Shown here in pieces: positions 20,852 to 30,633 of a stretch of 64,000 bases of DNA (position 1 is the stretch's first letter; each line of letters begins with the position of its first letter). This DNA is from Candidatus Lloydbacteria bacterium RIFCSPLOWO2_01_FULL_50_20 (GTDB lineage Bacteria > Patescibacteriota > Minisyncoccia > Phycocordibacterales > UBA6899), in assembly GCA_001821435.1 (NCBI GenBank), contig MHLP01000007.1, positions 1,620 through 65,619 on the forward strand, given 5' to 3'. The notes beneath the pieces were generated by a model that worked only from the letters and a program-made list of their open reading frames with translations, did not search any database and had not been told where the DNA came from. The translations under genes were made by a program, and so were the position numbers.

Positions 20852-22414
20852 TTATGAAATCAATCGTGACTGTCCCCATTCTCCATTCTCCTCATTCTCC
20901 CGATGTTTTGCGGCGAGCGCTGCGGCGACGGTCCATGCCTGGATCTCCTGAGGAGGCTGCTCGATACGGTTCTTTACGCCACGTGATTCATCCCAGATGT
21001 CCACAATCCGTTCGTTCAATGTTGGTTCGGCATCGTCACCGCCTTGAGCAAATTCAGGAAACTTATTGAACTTACTGACGACCGCGAACATGCGCTCTTC
21101 GAGGTCGTCGGCCGCGGCAATATGCCCGTGTTTTCTTAGGCCGCATGCGATCATATATGAATCCCACAGCCACACGCTTCCATTGTGATATGCACCGGGC
21201 CGGAAACGGGGCTCATTTTTCGCAAGCGTCCGTATTCCGCTCGCAGAGAGCATAAGGGGAGACAAGAGTGTAGTGACGATCGCGGATCTTTTTTTGACGG
21301 TATCCAGGTCGTCGCCGATGAGCATGTCCGAAGAAAGCAGATGCCCCATGTTCGAGGTACGGATCGCAAGCTGACGGGGATTCCCTTGGCTGTCCCGGTC
21401 TGTTCCGAGGGCAAAAAAACTTTCTCCATTCTTCTCTTCGACCCACATTTCACTGAACACAGATGATCGCAATTTTTCCGCCCGCGATAGGAGGTCATCG
21501 GCGACCGAGGCGGCAAAACGTTCATCCCTCGGCATTTTTTCAAAGATCTTCCGATACAATTTACTTGCCGAGAGAAGCGCGTCATACGCATAACCTTGCA
21601 CCTCGACGGAAGCGATACCCCGCGCATGGTTCGCTATTGCACCGTCCGCGTGGAAATAGGAGTCGTTGGAGTCTTTCCATGCTTGGTTCAAAATGCCGTT
21701 CGGATTTGCGCGGCAAAATTCGACGAATCCTTGCGGGTTCGCGTCCATGCGTTTTTTGATCCAGTTCACTGCGCCGACAAGCGCGTCAAGAATTGTCCTC
21801 CTCTCTCCGTCTTTGTTCGTGAATATCCGTCCCAATATGCACCTGTTTTCTTGAGCGATGTATTCCGTGATCAGTTTCACGAAGAGCGGCGTCGTGTCGA
21901 CTGAGCCGTAATAGGGGAATTCCCAGCCGCGCTCCTCACGCAAAAATTTTCCGATCGCGGACCGATGATCGCGATATTCATGAAGGATGCGGCCAGGTTC
22001 TTCTTCGGCGTGAGACTCGTATCTCGTCCCCTGAAACTTCGCGAGCCGTATAATCGTCATCCGGGCAAGCAGAGGAAATTGCGGAAGAAGAAATGAAGAG
22101 ACGACAAGCGAGTCTCTTCCAAAAAATGCCGAAAAGAGATTTAGTTCCTCGACATCCTCGTTGGCTTCGGTGGCAAGTGCCGCGAAAGGCGGGCCGTGTT
22201 TTCCTATTTCACCGGGAGTCTTTGCGTGCGTCAGACGCATCAACTCCGTGAGTGCATCCGGTCGTTTTGTTGGTGTAACGATCAAAGGTTTTTCGACTGC
22301 GATGACCCGTTCGTTCGGAAGCAGGTAGGGGATAAGATCGGCAACTGCTTTCGTCAGATCGGTTTCTTCGGTAGCTGGTGTTTCATTCATGTTGCCGTGA
22401 GTTGATTGCGTCAA
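20852..22414 (-). CDS. Amylo-alpha-1,6-glucosidase/glycogen-debranching-like glycosidase
   Basis: FGRDS, EEPGRILHE, YYGSVDTTPLF, NQAWKDS, YHNGSVW, QAW. Confidence 0.88.
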   Translation of the reverse strand: MTQSTHGNMNETPATEETDLTKAVADLIPYLLPNERVIAVEKPLIVTPTKRPDALTELMRLTHAKTPGEIGKHGPPFAALATEANEDVEELNLFSAFFGRDSLVVSSFLLPQFPLLARMTIIRLAKFQGTRYESHAEEEPGRILHEYRDHRSAIGKFLREERGWEFPYYGSVDTTPLFVKLITEYIAQENRCILGRIFTNKDGERRTILDALVGAVNWIKKRMDANPQGFVEFCRANPNGILNQAWKDSNDSYFHADGAIANHARGIASVEVQGYAYDALLSASKLYRKIFEKMPRDERFAASVADDLLSRAEKLRSSVFSEMWVEEKNGESFFALGTDRDSQGNPRQLAIRTSNMGHLLSSDMLIGDDLDTVKKRSAIVTTLLSPLMLSASGIRTLAKNEPRFRPGAYHNGSVWLWDSYMIACGLRKHGHIAAADDLEERMFAVVSKFNKFPEFAQGGDDAEPTLNERIVDIWDESRGVKNRIEQPPQEIQAWTVAAALAAKHRENEENGEWGQSRLIS

Positions 22415-22504
22415 ATATATCTACAATTTATTACAATTAAAGGATTTTTTCAATAAAAACACCAGCGGAATCAACCGCTGGCGTGGAGAAGAACGAGATC
22501 GTAA

Positions 22505-22906
22505 CTATGAGCGCGACCCTCCGGGGTGTGACAGCTTGCCCTGAGTGAAATGTTTTTCCGTCTTTTGGCCGTGAACTGAAAGGCGGTTGAACAGCTCATT
22601 GAGACCGACCTCTTTCCCGAGCAACTCCGGGTAAGTAAAAACGTAGTCCACGAATGCGTGATATGGAGTTGGAGGAAGCATTTTGAGAGAGAAACGTTCG
22701 GTTCCGTAAATTTCCCGTATCTGCTCCATTGCTTCGGAAAGTTCCGGGAAAAATGATCCGGCTACGCGCCTTTTTGAACCTGCATACGCGCATACCCGCA
22801 GCTCCTTTTCCTCCAGGTTTTCATTGAGCATTGCCAGGAGATCTTTGAACAGGGCATGTCTGGTCGGCTTGGGAGTGTATGCGCCGTACAAAATAGCGAG
22901 GATCAT
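22505..22906 (-). CDS. Hypothetical protein
   Basis: 133-aa ORF coupled to the upstream ORF. Confidence 0.55.
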   Translation of the reverse strand: MILAILYGAYTPKPTRHALFKDLLAMLNENLEEKELRVCAYAGSKRRVAGSFFPELSEAMEQIREIYGTERFSLKMLPPTPYHAFVDYVFTYPELLGKEVGLNELFNRLSVHGQKTEKHFTQGKLSHPGGSRS

Positions 22907-23136
22907 AAAGCAGCGCGGAATGAGATCGGGGTACCGTTTTTTGCCCGTGCGATGAGTGAAACATGCTCGTTATGTTTCAAAAAACCCGCGATTACGTGCC
23001 ACATAGCCATGGTGAAGTCATCCCTTGAGAGCTCCATGCGGCCGATGCGCCCGTATATGTCGTCACTCCATTGGTCCAGCCTTTCCGAGCCTGCAGTCAT
23101 GTCATCCGCCGTCATTTTTCCTCCAGCATTGGGCAT
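22903..23136 (-). CDS. Hypothetical protein
   Basis: 77-aa ORF with promoter-like TTGACA upstream. Confidence 0.5.
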   Translation of the reverse strand: MPNAGGKMTADDMTAGSERLDQWSDDIYGRIGRMELSRDDFTMAMWHVIAGFLKHNEHVSLIARAKNGTPISFRAAL

Positions 23137-23263
23137 TGAAAGAAAATACTAAAATCACACTACATTTCAATTTTTAGTATGTCAAGTTCTTTTGCAAAAA
23201 AAGAGGTCGTGAGCGCAAAAAGTACGGCATGCATTCGATAAAAAAATGCGTTATTTGAGGGGC

Positions 23264-23497
23264 CTATTTTAAACCGCCATTCCGCGGAAGCCACTCAATA
23301 AGTTTCTTTCGATGCAGATCGAGTGACCAGAAGTCGCCGTGCTTAAAAAGCCCCGCATGAGCTTCGCGGAATTTATTCAATAGAAGCATGGTCGCACGGG
23401 GAAATGTTGCGGGCATATTTTGATTATAGGATCTCAAAAAATCCGAGATCGATATCTGTTTTTCGTACTCCTTGATCTCGGTCTTGTTGTTTTTCAT
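23264..23497 (-). CDS. Small hypothetical protein
   Basis: FL.SYN..MP..FPRA, WSLD.HRKK..EWL. Confidence 0.7.
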   Translation of the reverse strand: MKNNKTEIKEYEKQISISDFLRSYNQNMPATFPRATMLLLNKFREAHAGLFKHGDFWSLDLHRKKLIEWLPRNGGLK

Positions 23498-23697
23498 GAG
23501 CTAAATAGTACCATAAATCATGAAAAAATGCAATGCGAATGCGTATACCCGCCTTATCAGATATTCATGCGTTGGATAGTACAGGGCTCTCGACTACCGT
23601 CGCGGGTGGTTTTCGATTTACTCGAACGAAGTTCTCGTAAATAACGAAAACCCTTTCGAGCCCCGCCGAAGCACAAGCAGCTGTGCTTCTACTGCTG

Positions 23698-23770
23698 TGG
23701 ACGGTACAGGGCTCGAACCTGTGACCCCAGCAATGTGAATGCTGTGCTCTACCAACTGAGCTAACCGTCC
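23698..23770 (-). tRNA. tRNA-Val(CAC)
   Basis: GGACGGT...ACCGTCC-A, loop TT-CAC-AT. Confidence 0.95.
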
Positions 23771-23791
23771 TTGTGGTGATCAAAATATACC

Positions 23792-23905
23792 TAACGGATG
23801 AATGCCATGCTCCCCGCCCGTACCGAACGGCACGTTCGGGCGGGTAACCAACTGCTTGCCCCGGTAGCAAGTCTTCTTTGCTACCGGGGAGCACATCGTC
23901 CGTTA
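23792..23905 (-). ncRNA. Candidate structured RNA (closing stem plus two hairpins) upstream of tRNA-Val
   Basis: TAACGGA/TCCGTTA and GTGCTCCCC/GGGGAGCAT arms; inner hairpins CCCCGGTAGCAA/TTGCTACCGGGG and CCCGCCCG/CGGGCGGG. Confidence 0.4.
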
Positions 23906-24075
23906 TTCCAAAAATACTAACACAAAGAAATGGTGGGCGGTAGAGAAAGGAATTTGTTGCAGCCGCGAGCTTTTTTGTGAAAAAAAATTTGACATTTCTT
24001 TAAAATTTGCGATAGTTCCGTAAGTCAATTTCTGCTCTTTCACAAAGGGGAACTATCATCACTACCAAAACACCG

Positions 24076-24516
24076 ATGGATGGTACGATGTGGTATCTTG
24101 GACTGTATACGCCGATCACCGATCCCGCAGAGCTTGAGAAAGATTTTGGCGCCTTTTTGGTTGGCGCAGGTTTCCAGATCGTTTCGGGTCTTCTGAAGCC
24201 GTTTCAGCCTCAAGGCTACAGCTCATACAAAAAGCTTTCCGTAGATGCTTTTCTACTGAGCGAGAGTCATTCTTCCATGCATACATTTCCTGAAGAGGAT
24301 CGTACATATGTCGATTTGTTGAGCTGTGTGAAAGCTCAACTTGAACGATTCCATGAACTCATCAGGCCATGGGAGGGAACAGTAGTATTTGTGGTGGAAC
24401 AGCCGTCGATCATCATGCCGCCCAAAGGCATGAAAAAAGTGGGCGCTATTTCGCGTGAGCTTCGCGCCTTCCGTTCCGCTGCACTACGGGCACAAAAAAT
24501 GAAAGACCGACAATGA
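24076..24516 (+). CDS. speD: S-adenosylmethionine decarboxylase proenzyme
   Basis: FQPQG, LLSESHSSMHTFPE (pyruvoyl cleavage site), VDLLSC. Confidence 0.88.
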   Translation: MDGTMWYLGLYTPITDPAELEKDFGAFLVGAGFQIVSGLLKPFQPQGYSSYKKLSVDAFLLSESHSSMHTFPEEDRTYVDLLSCVKAQLERFHELIRPWEGTVVFVVEQPSIIMPPKGMKKVGAISRELRAFRSAALRAQKMKDRQ

Positions 24517-25397
24517 TGAACACATTTCGTTTGCGGAAGAGCAGAAAAAAGAAATTTCGGGAAAGTTTGTACACCGATATCTCGCTTGGCCTCACGTGTG
24601 AGGCCATCGTTCCGGAATTCCGGACGCCATTCGGGCAGAAACTTGCGCTCTATCGTCACGACAAGCTCGGACACATCCTTGTGCTCGACGGCAACATTCA
24701 GTGGATGGAAAAGGATGAGGCGATCTACCATGAAACGATGGCGCATTGGCCGATGCATTCGGTCGCAGAGCCCCAGCGCGTGCTTATCGTCGGCGGCGGC
24801 GATCTCGGTGTTGCACGCGAGCTCGTCAAATATCCGATGCTCGAAGAGATCGATGTTGTTGATATCGATCCATGTGTGCGCGAAGTAACGCTCATGTATG
24901 TTCCGCACATTGCAGGACACGCGGCGACCGATCCTCGTGTGAACAAATACGATGTCGACGCCGCGCGTTTCATCAAAGAGGCGGTGAGCAGCCATTACGA
25001 TATCGTGGTCCTCGACACGACGGACGAAGTCAATGTCGCGACACCGCTTTTCGGAGAGAAATTTCAATCCGAAGTGTATCGTGTGCTCACAAAAGGCGGG
25101 GTCATGGTGCGCGTTGCCGGATCGGTGTTTCTCCAAGAAGATGAGGTGAAAAAAACACTTGAACTTGTGAGAAGCATTTTTAGCCGGATTTCGACCGGAA
25201 TGCTTACACTCCCGACAATGATGTATCTCGGATGCTTTTTTGGGATCGTAGTCGCGGTAAAAGAGGGGATATGGAGCTCGATCCCTACGCGGAGGATCAG
25301 CGTCAGCGGACTTCTGCCGCTTTCCTGGTACGACGCGCGCTGGCACGCTTTTGTTGCGGAGCGGCCACCCTACATCCAGAAAACATTTTTCAGCTGA
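24513..25397 (+). CDS. speE: Spermidine synthase (aminopropyltransferase)
   Basis: LVLDG.IQ..E.DE..YHE, VLIVGGGDLG, VDID, VLDTTD. Confidence 0.92.
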   Translation: MMNTFRLRKSRKKKFRESLYTDISLGLTCEAIVPEFRTPFGQKLALYRHDKLGHILVLDGNIQWMEKDEAIYHETMAHWPMHSVAEPQRVLIVGGGDLGVARELVKYPMLEEIDVVDIDPCVREVTLMYVPHIAGHAATDPRVNKYDVDAARFIKEAVSSHYDIVVLDTTDEVNVATPLFGEKFQSEVYRVLTKGGVMVRVAGSVFLQEDEVKKTLELVRSIFSRISTGMLTLPTMMYLGCFFGIVVAVKEGIWSSIPTRRISVSGLLPLSWYDARWHAFVAERPPYIQKTFFS

Positions 25398-25403
25398 TTG
25401 AGA

Positions 25404-25429
25404 GGAGCCGGTATACCGGCTCTTTTTTT
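25404..25429 (+). terminator. Intrinsic terminator after speE
   Basis: GAGCCGG-TATA-CCGGCTC followed by T-run. Confidence 0.8.
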
Positions 25430-25649
25430 GTTTTTTCAAATAGTGGAAGCCAAGCAGGATGCGTTGGTCACGAATGTTGAGTAAAAAATCCGCCGAAGCG
25501 TTCATCGATAAATTTACTCCAGTTACAGACGCTGACCGGCAACTGGCCTAAAGAATATCTGGGGAATAAAAAATAATAGATAATTAAAAACACGCTTTGG
25601 TCACGGCGTGTTTTTAATTGCACCATTTACAGAACATGATTATTTAAGT

Positions 25650-26167
25650 ATAATCACTTCTACAAAATCAGCCAAACAGCCGGGTCGTCCTTTTTTTGGC
25701 GAAATGATGGACAGGATAGAAAAAGGAGAGGCAAGCGGCATTTTGTGCTGGAAAATAGATCGGTTGTCCCGGACGAAATGTATGTGCGTAAAGAAACGGA
25801 ACTTCTGGAGAAGAAAAGAGATCTGAAGCGATTGCTTGACGGGGATGATAAGCGGGTAGATGACTGGCTCGTTCGGCTTGAAAGTACTCTCACTTTTGCG
25901 GAGAGGGCGAGAGAGGAGTTCAAAAATGGTGACATTGCCAAGAGAAGGCAAATTCTGACAGCACTTGGAACCGAGCATATCCTTAAAGACAGGGCAATTC
26001 ACATTCAAACGGAAAAACCACTCCTTGTGCTTCAAGAAGTGGTTTCCGTGAACAATCAACTGATGGATTCGTTAGAACCTCCCAAGGGTGTTGAAAACAA
26101 TGGGCGGATGAAACAAATCTATGCTGAAAGTTCATCAATGTGGGCGGTAGAGGAGTCGAACCTCTGA
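25650..26167 (+). pseudogene. Internally deleted large serine recombinase
   Basis: SAKQPGRP.F..M...IEKG.ASGILCWKIDRLSR fused out of frame to a C-terminal coiled coil that runs into the tRNA. Confidence 0.8.
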
Positions 26168-26213
26168 CATCCACTACGTCAAAGTGGCGCTCTACCAACT
26201 GAGCTAACCGCCC
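26141..26213 (-). tRNA. tRNA-Val(GAC)
   Basis: GGGCGGT...ACCGCCC-A, loop TT-GAC-GT. Confidence 0.95.
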
Positions 26214-26353
26214 ATAATGTCGGATATTAGCATACCTACTCTTGTTCAACAATAATCTGCGGTTTGCCATATGCATATTCAATGATGCTTGCATTATTTC
26301 GCCAACTCTGTAACTTAAAAATAGACGCGGTTTTACATTGAAAAGGAAACCTC

Positions 26354-27760
26354 ATGAACGCGATTCTGAGGACAATATGTTTGGTGCTTTTCGTCATATT
26401 CGGTACCGCTTCGAGCTGGGCCTCCTCTTCTGACGATGCCAAAGAGGAAGCCCGCGCATCGCGGTCGAATATTACGGTAGACTTCGAGGGCTCGGCAGAG
26501 GACAGGAAAGAATTAGCTAAGTTCTTAAATTTGGTATTCGTTCTCTGCAAAGAAATTTATCCCAAACTGACATTTAAAGACTGCATGAACAACGTCAAAG
26601 AAGGGGTCGGGAACTCTTTTGATCCGCATACCGGATTTCTTAACGCGGAAAAAACTCGGGAACTGTTAGCGGATATGCGCGGGAGATTCGGAGGAATAGG
26701 GATCGAGATTTTCAAACCGGCCACGGGAACATCGTATGTTGACATTGTTAATGTGCTTTCCGATACACCTGCAAAAAAAGCAGGACTTGCTTCCGGGGAT
26801 GTCATCGTCCGAATCGGTACAGTTCCGACGACATCGCTGAAGGGGACGCAGAAAGCGGTAGAACTCATCAGGGGTGATCCGGGCACGACGGTCGAACTGA
26901 CGATCGAACGCAAGGGTGTCCCTCAACCGATCGTGGTTACTCTTGTACGTGAAGAGATCAAGATCGTTCAGATCGAAGCGAAACTGCTCCGCTCAAACGG
27001 AAAAACGTATGCCTTGCTCACCACAAGGATGTTCAATGAGTATTTTGCGAAAGAAATGAAGCAAAAATACCTTGAACTCAAGTGGGAGTCCGGCGACAAA
27101 CTTTCGGGACTCATCATCAGCCTGGAAAATAATCCCGGAGGCCGTCTTGACGAGGTCTACAACGCCGTCGATCTTTTTATGGATGCGGAAACTTTTTTGC
27201 TGCAACGCACGAATGAGGGTACGGTAAGATATGAACCTGGTCTTCTCCAGCGAATGAAAACTCCCGGTGATATTTCCCGCGGTCTCCCGATCCTTGTGGT
27301 GGTGAACGGCGGAAGCGCGTCCGCGTCGGAGATCTTTGCCGGCGCACTGAAGCATTTCGGCCGGGCGGTCATCGCCGGCACCGAAACGACTTTCGGGAAA
27401 TGTTCAGTTCAGTCGCTCATGAGTCTTCCTGGTGAGGAAATGGCAAAGGCCACTACCGCCGAATGCCTGATCGGAGCAATGAATGATTGGGTTCCCATAC
27501 AATGTGTTGGTGTCACCCCGGATATTTTGTTCGCCTATCCCGGCATCAAGTCACGCAAGGGTCCTAAGGAGTGTGAGTTGAGCGGACGGCTCAGTTCCGG
27601 AGGTCCGATGAAGGACGCACCAAAACACCCTCCGATCAAAGAGGTGAAGCCGGGACTTCATCGTGCTGCGGAAGAAATGCTGGAGACATTCAAGCTCCAC
27701 CGTCTGCCGAAACTCAAGGAAGAAGAAACACGTATCAAGTTGCTCGAGAAATTAGAGTAA
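26354..27760 (+). CDS. S41 family C-terminal processing peptidase (PDZ)
   Basis: Signal peptide, DPHT, FGGIGI, NNPGG, SASASEI, TFGK. Confidence 0.9.
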   Translation: MNAILRTICLVLFVIFGTASSWASSSDDAKEEARASRSNITVDFEGSAEDRKELAKFLNLVFVLCKEIYPKLTFKDCMNNVKEGVGNSFDPHTGFLNAEKTRELLADMRGRFGGIGIEIFKPATGTSYVDIVNVLSDTPAKKAGLASGDVIVRIGTVPTTSLKGTQKAVELIRGDPGTTVELTIERKGVPQPIVVTLVREEIKIVQIEAKLLRSNGKTYALLTTRMFNEYFAKEMKQKYLELKWESGDKLSGLIISLENNPGGRLDEVYNAVDLFMDAETFLLQRTNEGTVRYEPGLLQRMKTPGDISRGLPILVVVNGGSASASEIFAGALKHFGRAVIAGTETTFGKCSVQSLMSLPGEEMAKATTAECLIGAMNDWVPIQCVGVTPDILFAYPGIKSRKGPKECELSGRLSSGGPMKDAPKHPPIKEVKPGLHRAAEEMLETFKLHRLPKLKEEETRIKLLEKLE

Positions 27761-28100
27761 AACATGCCACCTGTTTATCCCTGTCCTTACCTGCCTGCCG
27801 ACAGGCGTCCGTGGCATTCTGGCTCACACCAGTAAGTACAGCTACCCGCTTCGGCGGGTAGTTTTTAAATACCAGGAAACCCCGCACGGAGAGGGCGTCG
27901 GACGATGAACATAGCCCGTCGCGAGTGCGGGGATGAATGGAACCTTAGACCGGTTCGCGCTTCGCGAATCCGGCAATTACGCATGCGGAGCATGTGCCAA
28001 GAGAGGAAACCCCGGACAGAGCATAGCGGAGTCCGGGGAGGAGGTCATTTATTGGAAACATCAGATGGGCGACCTGTTTTATGAACGGAAAAGCGGCGAG

Positions 28101-29024
28101 CTAGCGCGCGTGCACATGCATGTAGATATCTTCAAGCGCACGGACGGCATCGCCGGCAGCGATATTGTTCTGATGATAGAGACCATCGGTGCAGTCTCCG
28201 GCAGCCCAGATCCCGTGTGTTTTTGTCTGCTGACTTCTGGGGTCGGTTATGATCTGCCCGATTTTATTGAGCTCTACGATATCTTTCACATACCCCGTGG
28301 AAGGCACAAGGCCGATCTCGACGAAGATCCCCTCACAGGGAATCTCCTTGTTTTGTCCATCGGCAAGGTCTTTATAAACGATCCCGGTGACGAATTTGTC
28401 GCCCCTCACTTCGACAAGTTCCGTATTTGTTATCCCGCGCATTTTCCCATTTGCGAGCACTTTTTGCACCGTTACCGGGTCTGCCCTGTATTCCGGTCCG
28501 CGTTGAAGAAGCGTGACGCTCTTGGCATACGCCAAAAGTTGTGCCGCAGTCTCAAAACCGGCATTACCTCCGCCGCCGACGACGACCTCTTTGCCGGCGA
28601 ACATCGGTCCATCGCAGGATGCGCAATAAGTGATGCCTTTGTTTTCGAATTCCGCCGCACCGGGGATCTCGAGTTTCCGCCGCGTGCTTCCCGAAGCGAT
28701 AAGTACGGTTTTCGTTTCGTATGTTCCTCCGGTACCGGTAGTAACAGCGAAACCTTTCCCACGGTGCGCGATATTCGTCACTTTTTCAGACTCTTTGATG
28801 TCGACGATCTCGTCTTTGTATGCCTCAAGATGTTGGCGTAGAGTTTTGGCGAGCTCAGCTCCTGAGATCACTATCGTCCCGATCCAGTTTTGTATTCCTT
28901 CAGAAACAGTCGACTGCCCGCCCCATTCATAAGCGATAAGAAGAGTTTTCAGACGTTTTCGCGCGGCATAAACCCCAGCGGCAACACCGGCCGGACCGCC
29001 ACCAATGATAACAAGGTCGTACAT
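28101..29024 (-). CDS. Thioredoxin reductase/AhpF-like FAD oxidoreductase
   Basis: GGGPAG, YCASCDG, GGGNAG, WAAGDCT. Confidence 0.93.
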   Translation of the reverse strand: MYDLVIIGGGPAGVAAGVYAARKRLKTLLIAYEWGGQSTVSEGIQNWIGTIVISGAELAKTLRQHLEAYKDEIVDIKESEKVTNIAHRGKGFAVTTGTGGTYETKTVLIASGSTRRKLEIPGAAEFENKGITYCASCDGPMFAGKEVVVGGGGNAGFETAAQLLAYAKSVTLLQRGPEYRADPVTVQKVLANGKMRGITNTELVEVRGDKFVTGIVYKDLADGQNKEIPCEGIFVEIGLVPSTGYVKDIVELNKIGQIITDPRSQQTKTHGIWAAGDCTDGLYHQNNIAAGDAVRALEDIYMHVHAR

Positions 29025-29067
29025 AATTTTATACTATATTTGCATTAAGAATATCACAGTTCCTCAT

Positions 29068-29142
29068 AGGACTTACGCAAATGGATGAAATTCGAGTCGC
29101 AGAGGCTCCGCAACGATGAAGTTCGCCATTGGCGTATGTCCT
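29068..29142. repeat. MITE-like element with imperfect terminal IR
   Basis: AGGACTTACGC...GCGTATGTCCT abutting the ftsZ stop codon. Confidence 0.55.
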
Positions 29143-30365
29143 TAGCGTAACTTCGAGCGGCGAAGGAAGGACGGAATCACCCCCAGATCGTCATCTTCTT
29201 TTTCTTTGGGATCGCCATCATCGCGGTTGCCATCAAGAGCACGCGTTTTTTCGTCCGGCATGGTATTAAAGATCGCACGTGATGTGCCGGCCTTGTCTTT
29301 GCGGACGGCGTCTACCAACTTCTCTTCCGGCTCCGCGAAAAGTGTTTCATCGCTTCTTTCGCGTCTCAATGTTTCATTTGAACGCTCGCGCATGCCGTTG
29401 CCTTTTCGTCCTTCTTCCGGAAATCCAGATGCGATCACCGTGATCTTGAGCTCGCCCTTCCGGAGTTTCGGATCGATGATCGCGCCGAAAATGACTCGTG
29501 CGTTTGCGTCGACAGATTCCGTGATGACCTTCGCAGCTTCTTGGACTTCGTTCATGGTGAGGTCTTCTCCGCCGGCGATCGCAAAAAGCACGCCGCGGGC
29601 GCCATTGATCGAAATGTCGAGGAGTGGGGAGTTGATCGCCATGTGCGCCGCTTCCACCGCGCGGTTCTCTCCCGATGCGACCCCGACGCCCATAAGCGCC
29701 GTTCCCGCATCCGCCAAGACTGCGCGAATATCGGCAAAGTCGACATTAATGAGTCCGGGAGTCGTAATAAGGTCGGAAATCCCCTCGACCGCCTGGCGCA
29801 AAACCTCATCACACTGGGCAAAGGCGGAAAGGAGCGTCGTGTCTTTTGCGCTGTTCAAGAGTTTGTCATTCGGAATGATGATGAGTGCATCTACTTCTTC
29901 TTCCAGCGCTTCAAGTCCTTTCTCCGCAAGAAGCATGCGTTGCGCGCCCTCAAAAAAGAACGGCTTCGTCACCACGGCGATCGTGAGCGCCCCAAGCTCT
30001 CTCGCGGTCTTTGCGATGATGGGCGATGCGCCGGTACCGGTGCCGCCCCCCATGCCGCTGGCGATGAAAACCATGTCGGCCCCCTTCAGCGCTTCCTGAA
30101 TTTCTTCTTTCGTTTCTTCTGCAGCCCGGCGTCCCAGCTCAGGATTCATTCCCGTGCCGAGTCCTTTGGTAAGATTTTTTCCGATATGGATCTTTTTCGA
30201 GGCGAGCGAATTATGAAGGTCTTGCGCATCGGTATTGGCAACGATGAATTCAACACCAGTCACCTTTGAGCGGACCATGTGGTTGATCGCATTGCGTCCC
30301 GATCCGCCAGGACCAACAACCTTGATCCGTGCGAAGGCTTCGATCTGCGGATTCACTTTTGGCAT
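29142..30365 (-). CDS. ftsZ: Cell division protein FtsZ
   Basis: [22 protein letters not shown]-terminal IPSFLRR. Confidence 0.98.
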   Translation of the reverse strand: MPKVNPQIEAFARIKVVGPGGSGRNAINHMVRSKVTGVEFIVANTDAQDLHNSLASKKIHIGKNLTKGLGTGMNPELGRRAAEETKEEIQEALKGADMVFIASGMGGGTGTGASPIIAKTARELGALTIAVVTKPFFFEGAQRMLLAEKGLEALEEEVDALIIIPNDKLLNSAKDTTLLSAFAQCDEVLRQAVEGISDLITTPGLINVDFADIRAVLADAGTALMGVGVASGENRAVEAAHMAINSPLLDISINGARGVLFAIAGGEDLTMNEVQEAAKVITESVDANARVIFGAIIDPKLRKGELKITVIASGFPEEGRKGNGMRERSNETLRRERSDETLFAEPEEKLVDAVRKDKAGTSRAIFNTMPDEKTRALDGNRDDGDPKEKEDDDLGVIPSFLRRSKLR

Positions 30366-30633
30366 AATAAAAAAAGTTTAGCGACACCGTCCTTAAGCGA
30401 CCAAAATCTCTTCGAGCATGGCGACTTAGAGATTTGGAAGTACTCCTGTGGTGCGGTATCCGAGACCCTCACTGGAACGATCCGGCCTTTCCGGAATTCG
30501 AGTTTAGTTCTCTTCTCAAATAATAACGAGAGTATAACAAAAAAGATTTGCAAAGCAAAGTAAAAGAGAAATGTGAGGCATTCCGATTCCGCAGGGAACT
30601 TGTCGCGATAGAACGGCTTAATAGAGGGCTTGT

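Larger units (their letters stand above)
19744..20880. repeat. Cluster of GGGGACAG(T/C)CAC REP-like repeats
   Basis: Copies near 19744, 20066 and 20731, plus an inverted copy at 20862-20880 (19-bp perfect IR with 20731-20749). Confidence 0.8.
23931..26152. mobile_element. Island integrated at tRNA-Val(GAC), carrying speD-speE and a recombinase remnant
   Basis: 13-bp direct repeat GTGGGCGGTAGAG at 23933-23945 and 26140-26152 equals the tRNA 3' end; the left copy retains the CCA. Confidence 0.8.

Noticed and set aside
24336-25505. Long antisense ORFs (also over trxB-like, ftsZ, hisS, rpsA, gyrA)
   Set aside because: Shadow frames of well-supported genes with no motifs
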